From assembly GCA_951406725.2 (NCBI GenBank), contig OX597826.1:66836001-66900000 (forward strand): DNA of 64,000 bases, in the 5' to 3' direction. The notes under the pieces were generated by a model. It did not search any database. It saw nothing but the letters and a program-made list of their open reading frames with translations, and was not told the DNA's origin. This stretch comes from Octopus vulgaris (lineage: Eukaryota). Below, piece after piece: positions 1 to 10,493 of the stretch (position 1 is its first letter; each line of letters starts with the position of its first letter). Made by a program: the position numbers and the translations under genes.

Positions 1-48
1 TTTCCCTTCATTTTTAACGGTATTTTTTCATAACGTTTTCAAATAGCC

Positions 49-111
49 AGATAACCGAAGAGATGGTGTTGTGGATTTCCACTTCGGCATCTGAAACTCA
101 GAGTTTTATCT
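49..111 (+). ncRNA. Minimal type-I hammerhead ribozyme motif (core variant CCGAAGA)
   Basis: Stem I AGATAA(49-54)/TTATCT(106-111); core CCGAAGA(55-61); stem II GATG..GTGGA-tt-TCCAC..CATC; GAAA(93-96); stem III A-CTC-a-GAG-T; cleavage triplet GUU. The host element ends at a (TA)n tract at about 210. Confidence 0.6.
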
Positions 112-207
112 TGACTACCGAGTAATGTAACATATTGTATAGATAAATTTCCTCTATTTACATAATATTGAGGTCTCTTTCTTTCTTTTGTTATCTTACA
201 GTTTTAT

Positions 208-257
<50 letters not shown>

Positions 258-261
<4 letters not shown>

Positions 262-420
262 CAGTTGTATAATTAAGAGATGAGAAATTATGTACATCAT
301 TTACAATTGACGGATATTTGTCCTCATCTTTTTGGCTGATACACCCTCCAGCCTTCATCAGGTATCTTGGGGGAAATTTCGAACCTGGGTTCTCATTCCT
401 AAGGTATTTTCGATGGTGTT
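258..420 (-). mobile_element. Short non-autonomous HHR-bearing element, family H1 (defective copy)
   Basis: Reverse complement of 2030-2210. Retains CTGATGA-A-GGCTG..CAGCC but the GAAAC/stem III segment is deleted. Abuts (TA)n. Confidence 0.65.
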
Positions 421-453
421 GTTGTTGTTATCATTATCATTATCATCATCATC

Positions 454-504
<51 letters not shown>

Positions 505-610
505 GTATGTATGTTGTTGTTGTTGTTGTTGTTATTACTACTACTACTATTATTATCATTATTATTATTATTATTATTATCATTATTATTATTATGATTA
601 TTATTATTAT

Positions 611-684
611 TCAGGTCTCTGCCTGGAATCTAACTCGGAATCTTGGGGTTAGTAGTCCGCGCTCTTAACGACTCCGCCATATGC
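611..684 (-). mobile_element. Short tRNA-derived SINE with (AAT)n tail
   Basis: Minus strand shows A-box-like TGGCGGAGTCGTTAAG and B-box-like GAGTTAGATTCC; related fragment at about 19766-19820 (+). Confidence 0.55.
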
Positions 685-777
685 TCGATGAACGCTGGAG
701 GCTATATCAGCCGAAACGTTGTGTTAACAACAAAGAAGATGAGGACAAATATCCGTCGATTGTAAATAATGTAAATA

Positions 778-780
<3 letters not shown>
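684..780 (+). mobile_element. Family H1 HHR-bearing element, 5'-truncated copy
   Basis: cGATGAacgctggaggctatatCAGCC-GAAAC-GTT-GTGTT, then the same tail as 258-330 and 2130-2180; ends in (TA)n. Confidence 0.6.
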
Positions 781-819
<39 letters not shown>

Positions 820-839
820 TATTGTTTGTAGAGTCTGTC

Positions 840-1262
840 CACCCCACCCTTCAGACTTGTTGCTTATTGTTCTTCATTTCCTTTGTCGTCTCTCTGAATG
901 TTGCCTACTATCTGTTCCTTTCATGTCTTGTCCCTCACTTCCCACACATGCTCAGCACAACATCGTTCTAACGCATGCGTCGTATGCTTCCGAATACGAT
1001 TCTTCGTTTTACTATCTTTCTTCGTTATTCCAAGCTTAATGTCTTTCTAAGTATTTTGAATATTTCGTAGTTTCTTCCGAAATTTCTACTGTCTGTGTCT
1101 AAGTTTCGGTACCATAGGAAAGTGTCAGGATGACGGAGTGTTTGTAAGTCCCTGTTCGAAAGTTGGAAGGACATATCACCGTAAGATAAGACACTTTCAT
1201 CCTGAAGATTCACTAATGTATAGGAGTTCCTTACGTTGTTTCGTTTTCTTTTCTCGGGTCTG
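840..1262 (-). mobile_element. RTE-clade LINE remnant, RT C-terminal region
   Basis: Manual translation across frameshifts: YKHSVILTLSYGTET* (cf. Y..xLPxLxYGxETW) and KKLRNIQNT*KDIKLGITKKDSKTKNRIRKHT (cf. KLxxxQRxMERxMLGIxxxDRxxNxxIR). Confidence 0.7.
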
Positions 1263-1400
1263 ATTTTGGTTTCAAATTTTAGCATAAAATCAGCAATCTC
1301 AGGGGTGAAGGCTAAGTCGATTACATCGCCCCCGGTGCTCAACTGGTACTTATCTTATCGACTCCGAAATGATTCAAGACAAAGTCGACCTTGGCGGATA

Positions 1401-1453
<53 letters not shown>

Positions 1454-1489
1454 AGTCTAGGCACAAGAGGTTTACGTATGCTGTCTCTA

Positions 1490-1790
1490 CATATTACTCT
1501 GTTAAGATTGTCATCAACAGAGTCGAATACGTTTTTGTACCCAACAAAACTCTGTAAACTGGAGTATCATATTCAATTGATTTAGTTAACTCACAGCATT
1601 TCAATGGTCAATTGTGGAAAAGACCCATCTCAAATCCTACATATCTAAATACTTGGTTTTCGGAAATTCTGTCCGTTTGGTTTTACTCGAGTTGTTTGCA
1701 CGTATTTTTCTCGCCATTACTCTTGAGAACTGCTGTATTCCGGTGACGGAAATAACAACGACTATACAGGTGACAATATTAGAAACCCCG
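1490..1790 (-). mobile_element. RTE-clade LINE remnant, RT domain
   Basis: FSRVMARKIRA and FVGYKNVFDSVD (cf. FVDYEKAFDSV); collinear with the flanking RTE fragments. Confidence 0.7.
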
Positions 1791-2020
1791 AGGCGTCGAT
1801 CTGGCAGAATTGTTAGCACGCCGGGCGAAATGCTTTGCGGTATTTCACCTGTCGCAACGTTCTGAGTTCAAATTCCGCCGAGGTCGACTTTGCCTTTCAT
1901 CCTTTCGGGGTCGATTGAATAAGTACCAGTTACGCACTGGGGTCCATATATAATCGACTTAATCCGTTTGTCCTTGTTTGTCCCCTCTATGTTTAGCCCC
2001 CTCTGGGCAATAAAGAAATA
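1790..2020 (+). mobile_element. tRNA-derived SINE family A, long-tail form
   Basis: Head AGGCG..CTGGCAGAAT.GTTAGCACGCCGGGCGAAAT, B-box GAGTTCAAATTCC, central GCCTTTCATCCTTTCGGGGTCGAT (resembles the Meta-SINE central domain), tail ..GGGCAATAAAGAAATA. More than 20 related copies in the window. Confidence 0.85.
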
Positions 2021-2029
2021 AATATTATA

Positions 2030-2210
2030 ACAACATCGAAAAATACCTTAGGAATGAGAACCCAGGTTCGAAATTTCTCCCAAGACACCTGGAGAAGGCT
2101 GGAGGGTATATCAGCCGAAAAGTTGTGTTAACAACAAACAAGAACAAATATCAGTGGAATGTAAATAATGTAAATAATGTACATAATTCCTCATCTCTTA
2201 AATATAGAAC
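2030..2210 (+). mobile_element. Family H1 HHR-bearing element (core mutated)
   Basis: GACAC-CTGGAGA-A-GGCTG-loop-CAGCC-GAAA-AGTT-GTGTT at 2084-2129; homologous to 258-420 and 684-780. Confidence 0.65.
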
Positions 2211-2214
2211 TCAA

Positions 2215-2800
2215 TCCTTCTACTATTCTGAATTCCGTATTGGCCAATCTTTTTTTAATGCTGTCATTTGAACACTCCCAGTGTTCCTTTCTTTTTACCA
2301 GATTTAAATCCTTTCTTTTGTTTGTTTTTTTCTCTGGTGTCTTTTCTTCTATTTTCTCAACTTCTCTGTCGACATTTGTTTATTCAATTCTGCTGCTTGT
2401 CTTATTTATAACTGAGGTGATTTTGATATTTTTCATTTGTTTACCATAACAAGGGTTTTACGACGATAATCTGTTGTTTTCGTCTCACGCTTCCCTGTTG
2501 TTTTCGACCGTTTCAGTGAGAGATTTAACTTGGTTGTTCTTTAAAGTTTTAATATGTTTATTTTTCAGTTAGAGTGGTGTGAAGATCAGTGTGGAAAGGA
2601 TCGGTTATACCGTTGAAGAACCGGACTGATTTGTTCATGAAGTGAAATAGCATCTTTCTTCCCGATTGCAAGTCATTTTGGAGCTTGTTTCTCACAATTC
2701 TGTGACGATTATGTTTGAAAATCTTAATTGTTTCAATGTTTCAAATTAAGTACTGTTTAGTAAAAATTGTTTGCGAACCATTACTGGACTTGTAGTTAAA
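2215..2800 (-). mobile_element. RTE-clade LINE remnant, endonuclease end and linker
   Basis: NRHRIVRNKL (cf. SDHRxV APE terminal motif) near 2690-2715; correct order between the EN (3590-4130) and RT (1490-1790) fragments. Confidence 0.45.
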
Positions 2801-2896
2801 TCAGGAAAAGTTTCCTCGTAGACCAATCGAAGGCGTTTGCTTGCTACGACACGGATAGCCTGTCACCACTGATTTGATAATTAATTGCTCTCCAAA

Positions 2897-3590
2897 ATGA
2901 AGTCTATCCTAATATGTGTTGCTGTTTTGATTTCATCAAACATTACTGCCGGCGATATAAACACCCTAGATTTTACAACTGAGAAGCCAAGCACCCCTGT
3001 TGCAACTGAGAACCCAACCACTCACATTCCAAGTACATCACACATACCAATTCCAAAAAAATCGCGTCAGTGTGTTGTAACTGGAGCTAATGGACAACAT
3101 TGTATTTTATAACTACTGAGATATCTTATCAATATTCTTATAAGAATATTTCTGAAGCAGGGGATATCTTTTCAAATGCGACATATAATGGCAGTTATAG
3201 TGATACAGCTGATGAACTGTCAATTTACTCATAAAATGTTCATCTAGACTTAGTTTTTTCAAAAAATGTATCCACAAAGTTTTTGAAGAAGGTTGTACTA
3301 TCAATTGGAGATCAAAATTTAACTGAATCCAAAGACAATATGGATGAATTACTGTTGAAGGATAATGAATATTTTATTTGTAAATCGAGTAAAGATAACA
3401 TGGCAGTCCTGGATTAGGACAATCTTTACTACAAAGTACTATCGCTGAATATCTCACGTTGTGAGATTTAAAAATAGTAATTTTCTAAGTGCTTTTTGTT
3501 GATAATAATGTAAGGTATTGCAATGAACGTTTTGTAGTTTGAACTGGGTCCATTTTTGCTTCTTTATAGTCATAGCTAACCAAAGCAGAA
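2897..3590 (+). pseudogene. Intronless LAMP-like (lysosome-associated membrane glycoprotein family) pseudogene
   Basis: ATG at 2897 begins signal peptide MKSILICVAVLISSNITA, then a T/P-rich hinge and VVTGANGQHCIL. After a frameshift at about 3110: ..FSNATYNGSY..LSIYS*NVHLDLVFSKN..VVLSI..EYFICKS, then a degenerate TM-like tail. Stops at 3232 and 3415. Domain assignment is by eye. Confidence 0.5.
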
Positions 3591-4130
3591 TTGAATATAT
3601 TTAGTTCTTTCGGCAGGCAAAAATCTATTAGGTCCTCTTCTATTACTTTTTTTACTTCCCGAGAATTCAGTTGATAGCACTGGTTTTGGCATTTTAGTTC
3701 CCTCTTGTGATAGAGTAATAAGATTTTGGGTCGGTTGATTGTTGCGTCAATTTTTTATTTGGACAATTCCAATAAGATTTTGGGTCGATTGATTGTTTCG
3801 TCAACCTCTTATTTGGACAATTCCAATTAGTTTCGGGTACGTATAATTGGAACATTTTAAGGATGTACTTCTTTGATATCTTTAAGGCTAGACTGGCAGT
3901 TTGATCAGAAATGTCAGGGAAATCCTTAACATCGTTCCTTTCTTTGTTTGGTTTTGACATGGAAGTGCACGGTCCTCTGTTGTAGAGCATGTGGTGTATT
4001 TCACTAGGTTTTCGAAAATCACTGAAGCTTGCGGTTTAATATTTTACGTTTTCAATTTTATTCATCAGACTTGTGACTTTTAACACTTCTCATGATATTA
4101 TTCATAAACAAAATACTTTCAAAGGTGTTT
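3590..4130 (-). mobile_element. RTE-clade LINE remnant, APE endonuclease
   Basis: HHMLYNRG; ISDQTASLALKISKKYILKMFQLYVP (cf. ISxRxAxLxxKxxxxLxIIQVYAP); NRRG-LIDFCLPKELNIFNS. Contains an in-frame 54-bp tandem duplication at 3717-3824. Confidence 0.75.
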
Positions 4131-4464
4131 CTCTTGGATTAACGGAATTAAATCCAGGTCAAGCGTGAGTTTTAAATGACTGGGGAGGCTACGCTATACT
4201 AAAATACAAATGAAAAAAAAAAAAAGAAGCTGATAGAATCTCACCTCCCACCAAATCCACCCCATTTCGTTTGCATTTAGAAAATTATTTATATCATTTG
4301 AGAAAAGTTTTTATGGTTTCCTAAGCAATACAAACGTAGTCTTATACATACATACACACACACATACACACATACATACATACATACATACATACATACA
4401 TACATACATACATACATACATACATACATACATACATACATACATACATACATACATACATGGA

Positions 4465-4850
4465 ATGGAAGCACTCCATCGGTTACGACGACGAGGGTTC
4501 CGGTTGATCCGAATCAACGGAACAGCCTGCTCGTGAAATTAACGTGTAAGTGGCTGAGCACTCCACAGACACGTGTACCCTTAACGTAGTTCTCGGAGAT
4601 ATTCAGCGTGACACAGAGAGTGACAAGGCCGGCCCTTTGAAATACAGGTACAACAGAAACAGGAAGTAAGAGTGAGAGAAAGTTGTGGTGAAAGAGTACA
4701 GCAGGGATCACCACCATCCCCTGCTGGAGCCTCGTGGAACTTTTAGGTGTTTTCGCTCAATAAACACTCACAACGCCCGGTCTGGGAATCGAAACCGCGA
4801 TCCTATGACCGCAAGTCCGCTGCCCTAACCACTGGGCCATTGCGCCTCCA
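4465..4850 (-). mobile_element. tRNA-derived SINE, head C + tail X
   Basis: Head GGAGGCGCAATGGCCCAGTGGTTAGG..GGTTTCGATTCCC; 3' part shared with 9890-10075; embedded in (ATAC)n. Confidence 0.8.
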
Positions 4851-5458
4851 CTACATACATACATACATACACACACACATACATACATACATACATACAT
4901 ACATACATACATACATACATACATACATACATACATACATACATACATACATAATGAAAGAAAATAGGGAATGAATAAATCTATGTGAAAATCTCGGTAA
5001 GCACTCCGTGTGAAAAAAAAAACTCAGCTAACAGAAAGTTCTATCAAGATTATAGTAATCCCAATAGATTGCTAATTCTGTGCGACAGGTGCAAAACGTA
5101 AATCCGAAGTTTATCACCAATTAGTACGTAATTTCGGTGTATTAACCAGAGAGTATATCAGAAAAGAAATAAAGAAGGAAATTCTTCATGTCATTATTTT
5201 GTTGTTGTTGTTGTTGTTGTTGGTGGTGGTGTTGTTGTTAAGGTATCGATCTAGTAGAATCGTTAGCAAACCAGACAAAATGTTTACTGGCATTTCGCCG
5301 GTTTTTACGTTCTGAGTTCAAATTCTGCTGAGGTAAAGCTTTACCTTTCATCGCTTCGGAGTCAACGAAATAAATACCAGTCATTCACTCTGGTCCACGT
5401 CATCAACTGACCCCTTTCCCAAAATTTCAGTTCTGGTCTTGTACCTATGGTAGAAAAG

Positions 5459-5515
<57 letters not shown>

Positions 5516-5545
5516 GCTATTATTGTGTATCATATTAAATATATA

Positions 5546-5713
5546 GGCGCAGGAGAGGGTATGTGGTAAGTAGCTTACTTATCAACCACATAGTTCCGGG
5601 TTCAGTCCCACTGCGTGGCACCTTGGGCAAGTGTCTTCTACTATAGCCTCGGGCCGACCAAAGCCTTGTGACTGGATTTGGTAGATGGAAACTGAAAGAA
5701 GCCCGTCGTATAG

Positions 5714-5798
<85 letters not shown>

Positions 5799-5990
5799 CT
5801 TGTGTGTATGTGTTTGACAACAGATGCTGGTGTGTTTACGTCCCCGTAACTTAGCGGTTCGGCAAAAGAGACCCATAGAATAAGTACTAGGCTTACAAAG
5901 AATAAATCCTGGGGGTGATTTGCTCGACTAAAAGGCGGTGCTCTAGCATAGCCACAGTCAAATGACTGAAACAAGTAAAAGAGTAAAAGT
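5546..5990 (+). mobile_element. SINE family B (CORE-like) with internal (TA)n(TG)n microsatellite
   Basis: tRNA-like head, GGCACCTTGGGCAAGTGTCTT CORE-like box, internal microsatellite, 3' hairpin CAGTCAaaTGACTG and (GTAAAAGA)n tail. Confidence 0.85.
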
Positions 5991-6589
5991 GTATATATAT
6001 ATATATACATGAGCCTAGAGTAGAAAAGAATATCAATAGAATCACCGAAACAGCGAGATGGTGGAATCGTTAGCATACCGGGCGAAATGCTTCGCGGCAT
6101 TTCGTCTGTCTTTGCGTTCCGAGTTCAAATTCCACCGGGTTCGAATTTGGCTGTCAACATTTCGTGAGTCGATAGAATAAGTACCAAATTATATATATAT
6201 AATTTCAAGTTGTTTCTATTGCATACACCAAGTTTTTCTGCAGCCCGGAATGCTTCCGCAAAACCATCGAATGTATTATCAATGTTTTGTATATTTCGAG
6301 GCACGAATTTCGGTAGAGGTTACGAACCAATTTAAAGGGTCAGGTCATCCGCTGTTTACCGATGTGATTGCCTAATGAGAAGAGATGTCTGGCGGCACCC
6401 AAAAAAACTACCATCTTTCCACAACATTCTCTCTTCATACAGACTTCGAATGATTTTTATTCAAATTTGTATAATTCTTTTCCTTTACTAGTAAAAACAC
6501 TTCTCAGTTTAACGGAAATAATCTTCGATTAAAAACAAAATGCATTTTACCCTGCAAAATGTCATGTTGCTACAAACCGAAATATTGGT

Positions 6590-7050
6590 TTCAAACTTTG
6601 GCTCTGGTACTTATATTATCGACCCCGAATAGATAAAAGTAAAATCGACCTCGGCGGAATTTGAACTCAGAACGTAAAGACGGCCAGCATGCCGCGAAGC
6701 ATTTCGCCCGGCGTGCTTTCGATTCTGCCATGTCACCGACTTGATGTGTCCAAAATGCTGAGAAAATAAAATATATATATTTCTTTACTACCCACAAAGG
6801 GCTAAACACAGAGGGGACAAACTAGGACAGACAAACGGATTAAGTCGATTACATCGACCCCAGTGCGTAACTGGTACTTAATTTATCGAACCGGAAATGA
6901 TGAAAGGCAAAGTCGACCTCGGCGGAATTTGAACTCAGAACGAAAAAGACGGGCGACATGCCGTGAAGCATTTCGCCCGGGGTGCTATCGATTCTGCCAC
7001 GTCACCGCCTTGATGTGCCCCAAACACTCAGAAAATAAAATATATATTCT
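6590..7050 (-). mobile_element. SINE A tandem pair with duplicated unique flank
   Basis: Two heads, each preceded by the same ~40-bp flank (6741-6780 and 7010-7048). Confidence 0.75.
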
Positions 7051-7438
7051 ACAAGAACTATTTTTTTCACCACATCAAGGAAATGAAACTGCTTACGCAA
7101 GCAAAAACAATGACGACGACGACGGCGACAACAACAACCACAACAACAAAATAAGGATCATTAGTCCATTTCAATATGCCTGCTGTTCCTGGTAACATCA
7201 GAACTCGGTGACTTGTGCAGCGTGGTAGGAGTTTTACTTCTGCCTGATAATACAACTCTGAGTGCCTGCTGGGAGATATTCCAAAATATTTAACTCCCCA
7301 ACCAAAAGTATAATATTCATCATATATATATACATAATATATATATATATATATATATATACCTAAATACATACATGCATACGTACATAATATATATATA
7401 TACATATTTATCTATCTATCTGTCTATCTATACATACA

Positions 7439-7488
<50 letters not shown>

Positions 7489-7646
7489 TAGAGATTTCCT
7501 TCTGCCTGATAATACAACTGTGAGTGCCTGCTGGGAGATATTCTGAAATATTTTACCCCACAAAAGTATAATATTCATCATATATATATACATATATACA
7601 TATATATATATACACACACATCATATACATATACATACTATATACA

Positions 7647-7709
<63 letters not shown>

Positions 7710-8150
7710 TCATACATACATGTGTGTGTGTGGGGGGGGGGGGGCAATAGCTCTGTATTAGATTTGTGAGCAGTGTTCTCTAATATGATTTACAATGTTT
7801 GAAATTATATTAGTAGCATAGTTCCAAGTATGTGAGTGGTACTGCAATGCTGGTTTCAAATTTTGGCACAGGGTCAGCATTTTCGGGGGCCGTGGATAAG
7901 TCGTTTACATCGATTCCAGTGTTCACCTCGTACTTATTCTATCGACCCAGAAAAGATGAAATGCAAAGTCGACCTTGGCCACAATTTGAACAACGAACAA
8001 AAAATCGAGAGAAATACCACCAAACATATTTTCCGTTGTGGCTACGATTCTATCAGCCTTAAGCAGTAATATGATATGTAGGGTGTTTGAAAGGGTAACA
8101 GTATGTAACAACAGAGCACTGAGAGCAGTCCTGTAATATATGTCAAGGGC

Positions 8151-8730
8151 AAGGCGGTGAGCTGGCAGAAACGTTAGCACGCCGGCCGAAATGCTTAGCG
8201 GCATTTCGTTACGTTCTGAGTTCAAATTCCGCCGAGGTTGACTTTGCCTTTCATCTTTTCGGGGTCGATAAATTAAGTACCAGTTACGCACTGGGGTCGA
8301 TATAATCGACTTTATCCGTCTGTCTGTCCTTGTTTGTCCTCTCTGTGTTTAGCCCCTTGTGGGTAGTAAAGAAATAGGTATTTCGTCTGTCTTTACGTTC
8401 TGAGTTCAAATTCCGCCGAAATCGACTTTGCCTTTCATCCTTTCAAGGTCGATTAATTAATTACCAGTTACGCACTGGGATTAATGTAATCGACTTAATC
8501 TCTTTATCTGTCCTTGTTTGTCCACTCTATGTGTAGCCCCTTGTGGGTAGTAAAGAAATGGGTATTTCGTCTGTCTTTACGTTCTGAGTTCAAATTCCAC
8601 CGAGGTCGACTTTACCTTTCATCCTTTCGAGGGTCGATAAATTAAGTACCAGTTACGTACTGGAGTCAATCTAACCGACTGGCTCCCTCCCCCAAAATTT
8701 CGGGCCTTGTGCCTAGAGTAAAAAAGAATG
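8151..8730 (+). mobile_element. SINE A head-to-tail trimer
   Basis: Long tail, restart at GGTATTTCGTCTG, long tail, restart, short tail. Confidence 0.85.
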
Positions 8731-9496
8731 TGTCAAGGGTCGTTTGTGATTGTGTCGTAAAGACTCTCCCAAATATATGTGAAGTATTGTAATAAGCATC
8801 TTAAAGATGGTGGAACTATCACATGAGTTTTAGTAATGGCATTGCGCATGTTCAGACTTTTTGTTCTTGATAATATCTGCAAGTGATGGGTTTGAAAAGA
8901 AAAATCACTCCAATATTATATTATAAAATTTCGATAAATTTGGCAAATCTTTTTTCTTTTAATTTGACATATTAATCTCAAAAATTATAATTTGCGGTAA
9001 TATCTAATGGCAGCACTTTACATTAGAACACAGGAAATAAAAATCTGCTCACAAATTAACGTATTAATAACTCAACAATAGCCGCACGTGCAAACAAGAT
9101 CTGACAGGTGTACAACTTTAGCTGTTTATCAATCCTTTCTTATTCTCTGAACCTAATTATAATAACATCATATGTTATTAATAAATAAAATTACCACAAA
9201 AATAAAACAGAAGAAGAGGAAATTGTTTAGATTGTTGGACTGGGCGACTTGACATTGTTGATGCCGAGTGATAAAGTTCTTTTCATATCGACTGAGAATC
9301 TAGTTGTGAACAGAACTTAGAATGTAAAAATGGCGCCTTAAAACTCGAAGGAAACAAAAATTTGCTGGAGACCTGAAAGATTATATATATATATATGAAT
9401 AAAAAATGGAGTTAACGCAGGTTTAAACAAGTATTTTTACTTTCTACATATTCATTCATTTATCCGTGTTAATTGTTAACAAGGTAAAATACACTC

Positions 9497-9545
<49 letters not shown>

Positions 9546-9755
9546 CATTACTGCTAAATGAAAGACACCCACAAGCGGAGAATTTATAGGCGTCTTTGAC
9601 AGAAAGTTCCTATTTCGTAACTGGAAGTTTTGCTATTGTTGATAAGGAAACAATCAGAAAGTAACAGTGATTATATTTATGAAATCTTTTCTCAAATGAA
9701 TACCATTCATTTCTGGCTTGCATAAAGGTATGCTATTATATAGTTATGAGTGAAA

Positions 9756-10075
9756 GCGCATGGCTCAGTGGTTAGGGTACTCCGCTGACAATCGTAAGAT
9801 CGTGAATTCAATTCCCAGCGACACATTGTGTCTTTGAGCAAGACACTTTATTTCACGTTGTTTCAGACCACTCAGCTAGCAAAAAATGAGTTGTACCTGT
9901 GTTTCAAAGGTCCAGCCTTGTCACACTCTGTGTCACGCTGAATTACTCTGAGAATTACGATAAGGGTACATGTGTCGGTGGAGTGCTCAGCCACTTGCAG
10001 GTTAATTTCACGAGTAAGTTGTTCTGTTGATCGGGTCAACTGGAACCCTCGACGTCGTAACCGACGGAGTGTCAT
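9756..10075 (+). mobile_element. tRNA-derived SINE, head D + tail X
   Basis: TGGCTCAGTGGTTAGG A-box, GTGTCTTTGAGCAAGACACTT box; tail shared with 4465-4655. Confidence 0.8.
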
Positions 10076-10254
10076 ATGGTTATGAATTAATTAGAAATAA
10101 GCAAAAATACTGTTTATAAATGGAGTTTCGAATGAATTGTTATAGATCTATTCTATAAGAAAATTAAATCCCAAAACACTTAAATTCTTGTGACTTTTTT
10201 TTCTTATTTGTCTTGAAACCAATTTTATTACGTCATCAGCTTGATTACCCATTA

Positions 10255-10493
10255 CAGTAATCATTCCCCATATCGCGGTTCACTTCTCGCGGTTCACCTA
10301 TTGTGGTTTATTATTTAAGCTTTCGTCGATTAATCTATGGTGTTGTTTTGCATTTTATAATAAAAGAAATATGTACAAATTATTTTTAAAAAAGAATAAA
10401 AATAATATGCAGTACAGTACTGTTTCTACTTCATGGATTTTCACCCATCGCCGGGTTTTTGGAACGTAACACGCGATACTCGAGGGATTACTG
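10255..10493. mobile_element. Tc1/mariner-type (Tigger-like) MITE
   Basis: TA|CAGTAATC...GATTACTG|TA terminal inverted repeats with TA target duplication. Confidence 0.75.

Noticed and set aside
318-668. Homopolymeric or dipeptide ORFs here and throughout (poly-I, Y, V, L; YI, HT, CV, MYVC repeats; e.g. 29321-30310, 31328-31954, 35103-35786)
   Set aside because: They are translations of microsatellites and low-complexity tracts, with no domain or splice support.
3205-3222. Isolated CTGATGA; also TTGATGA..GAAAC at about 25791 and CTGAAGA..GAAA at about 37145
   Set aside because: No supporting stems I-III; consistent with chance matches.
5582-6100. Recurrent 'VSFAEPLSYGDVNTPASV' ORFs
   Set aside because: Antisense read-through of SINE B, seen in every copy.
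6190-6580. Possible mariner remnant; also weak TE-like fragments at 13970-14400, 14475-14725, 15190-15960 and 53930-54600
   Set aside because: Motifs are too degenerate to support without a search.
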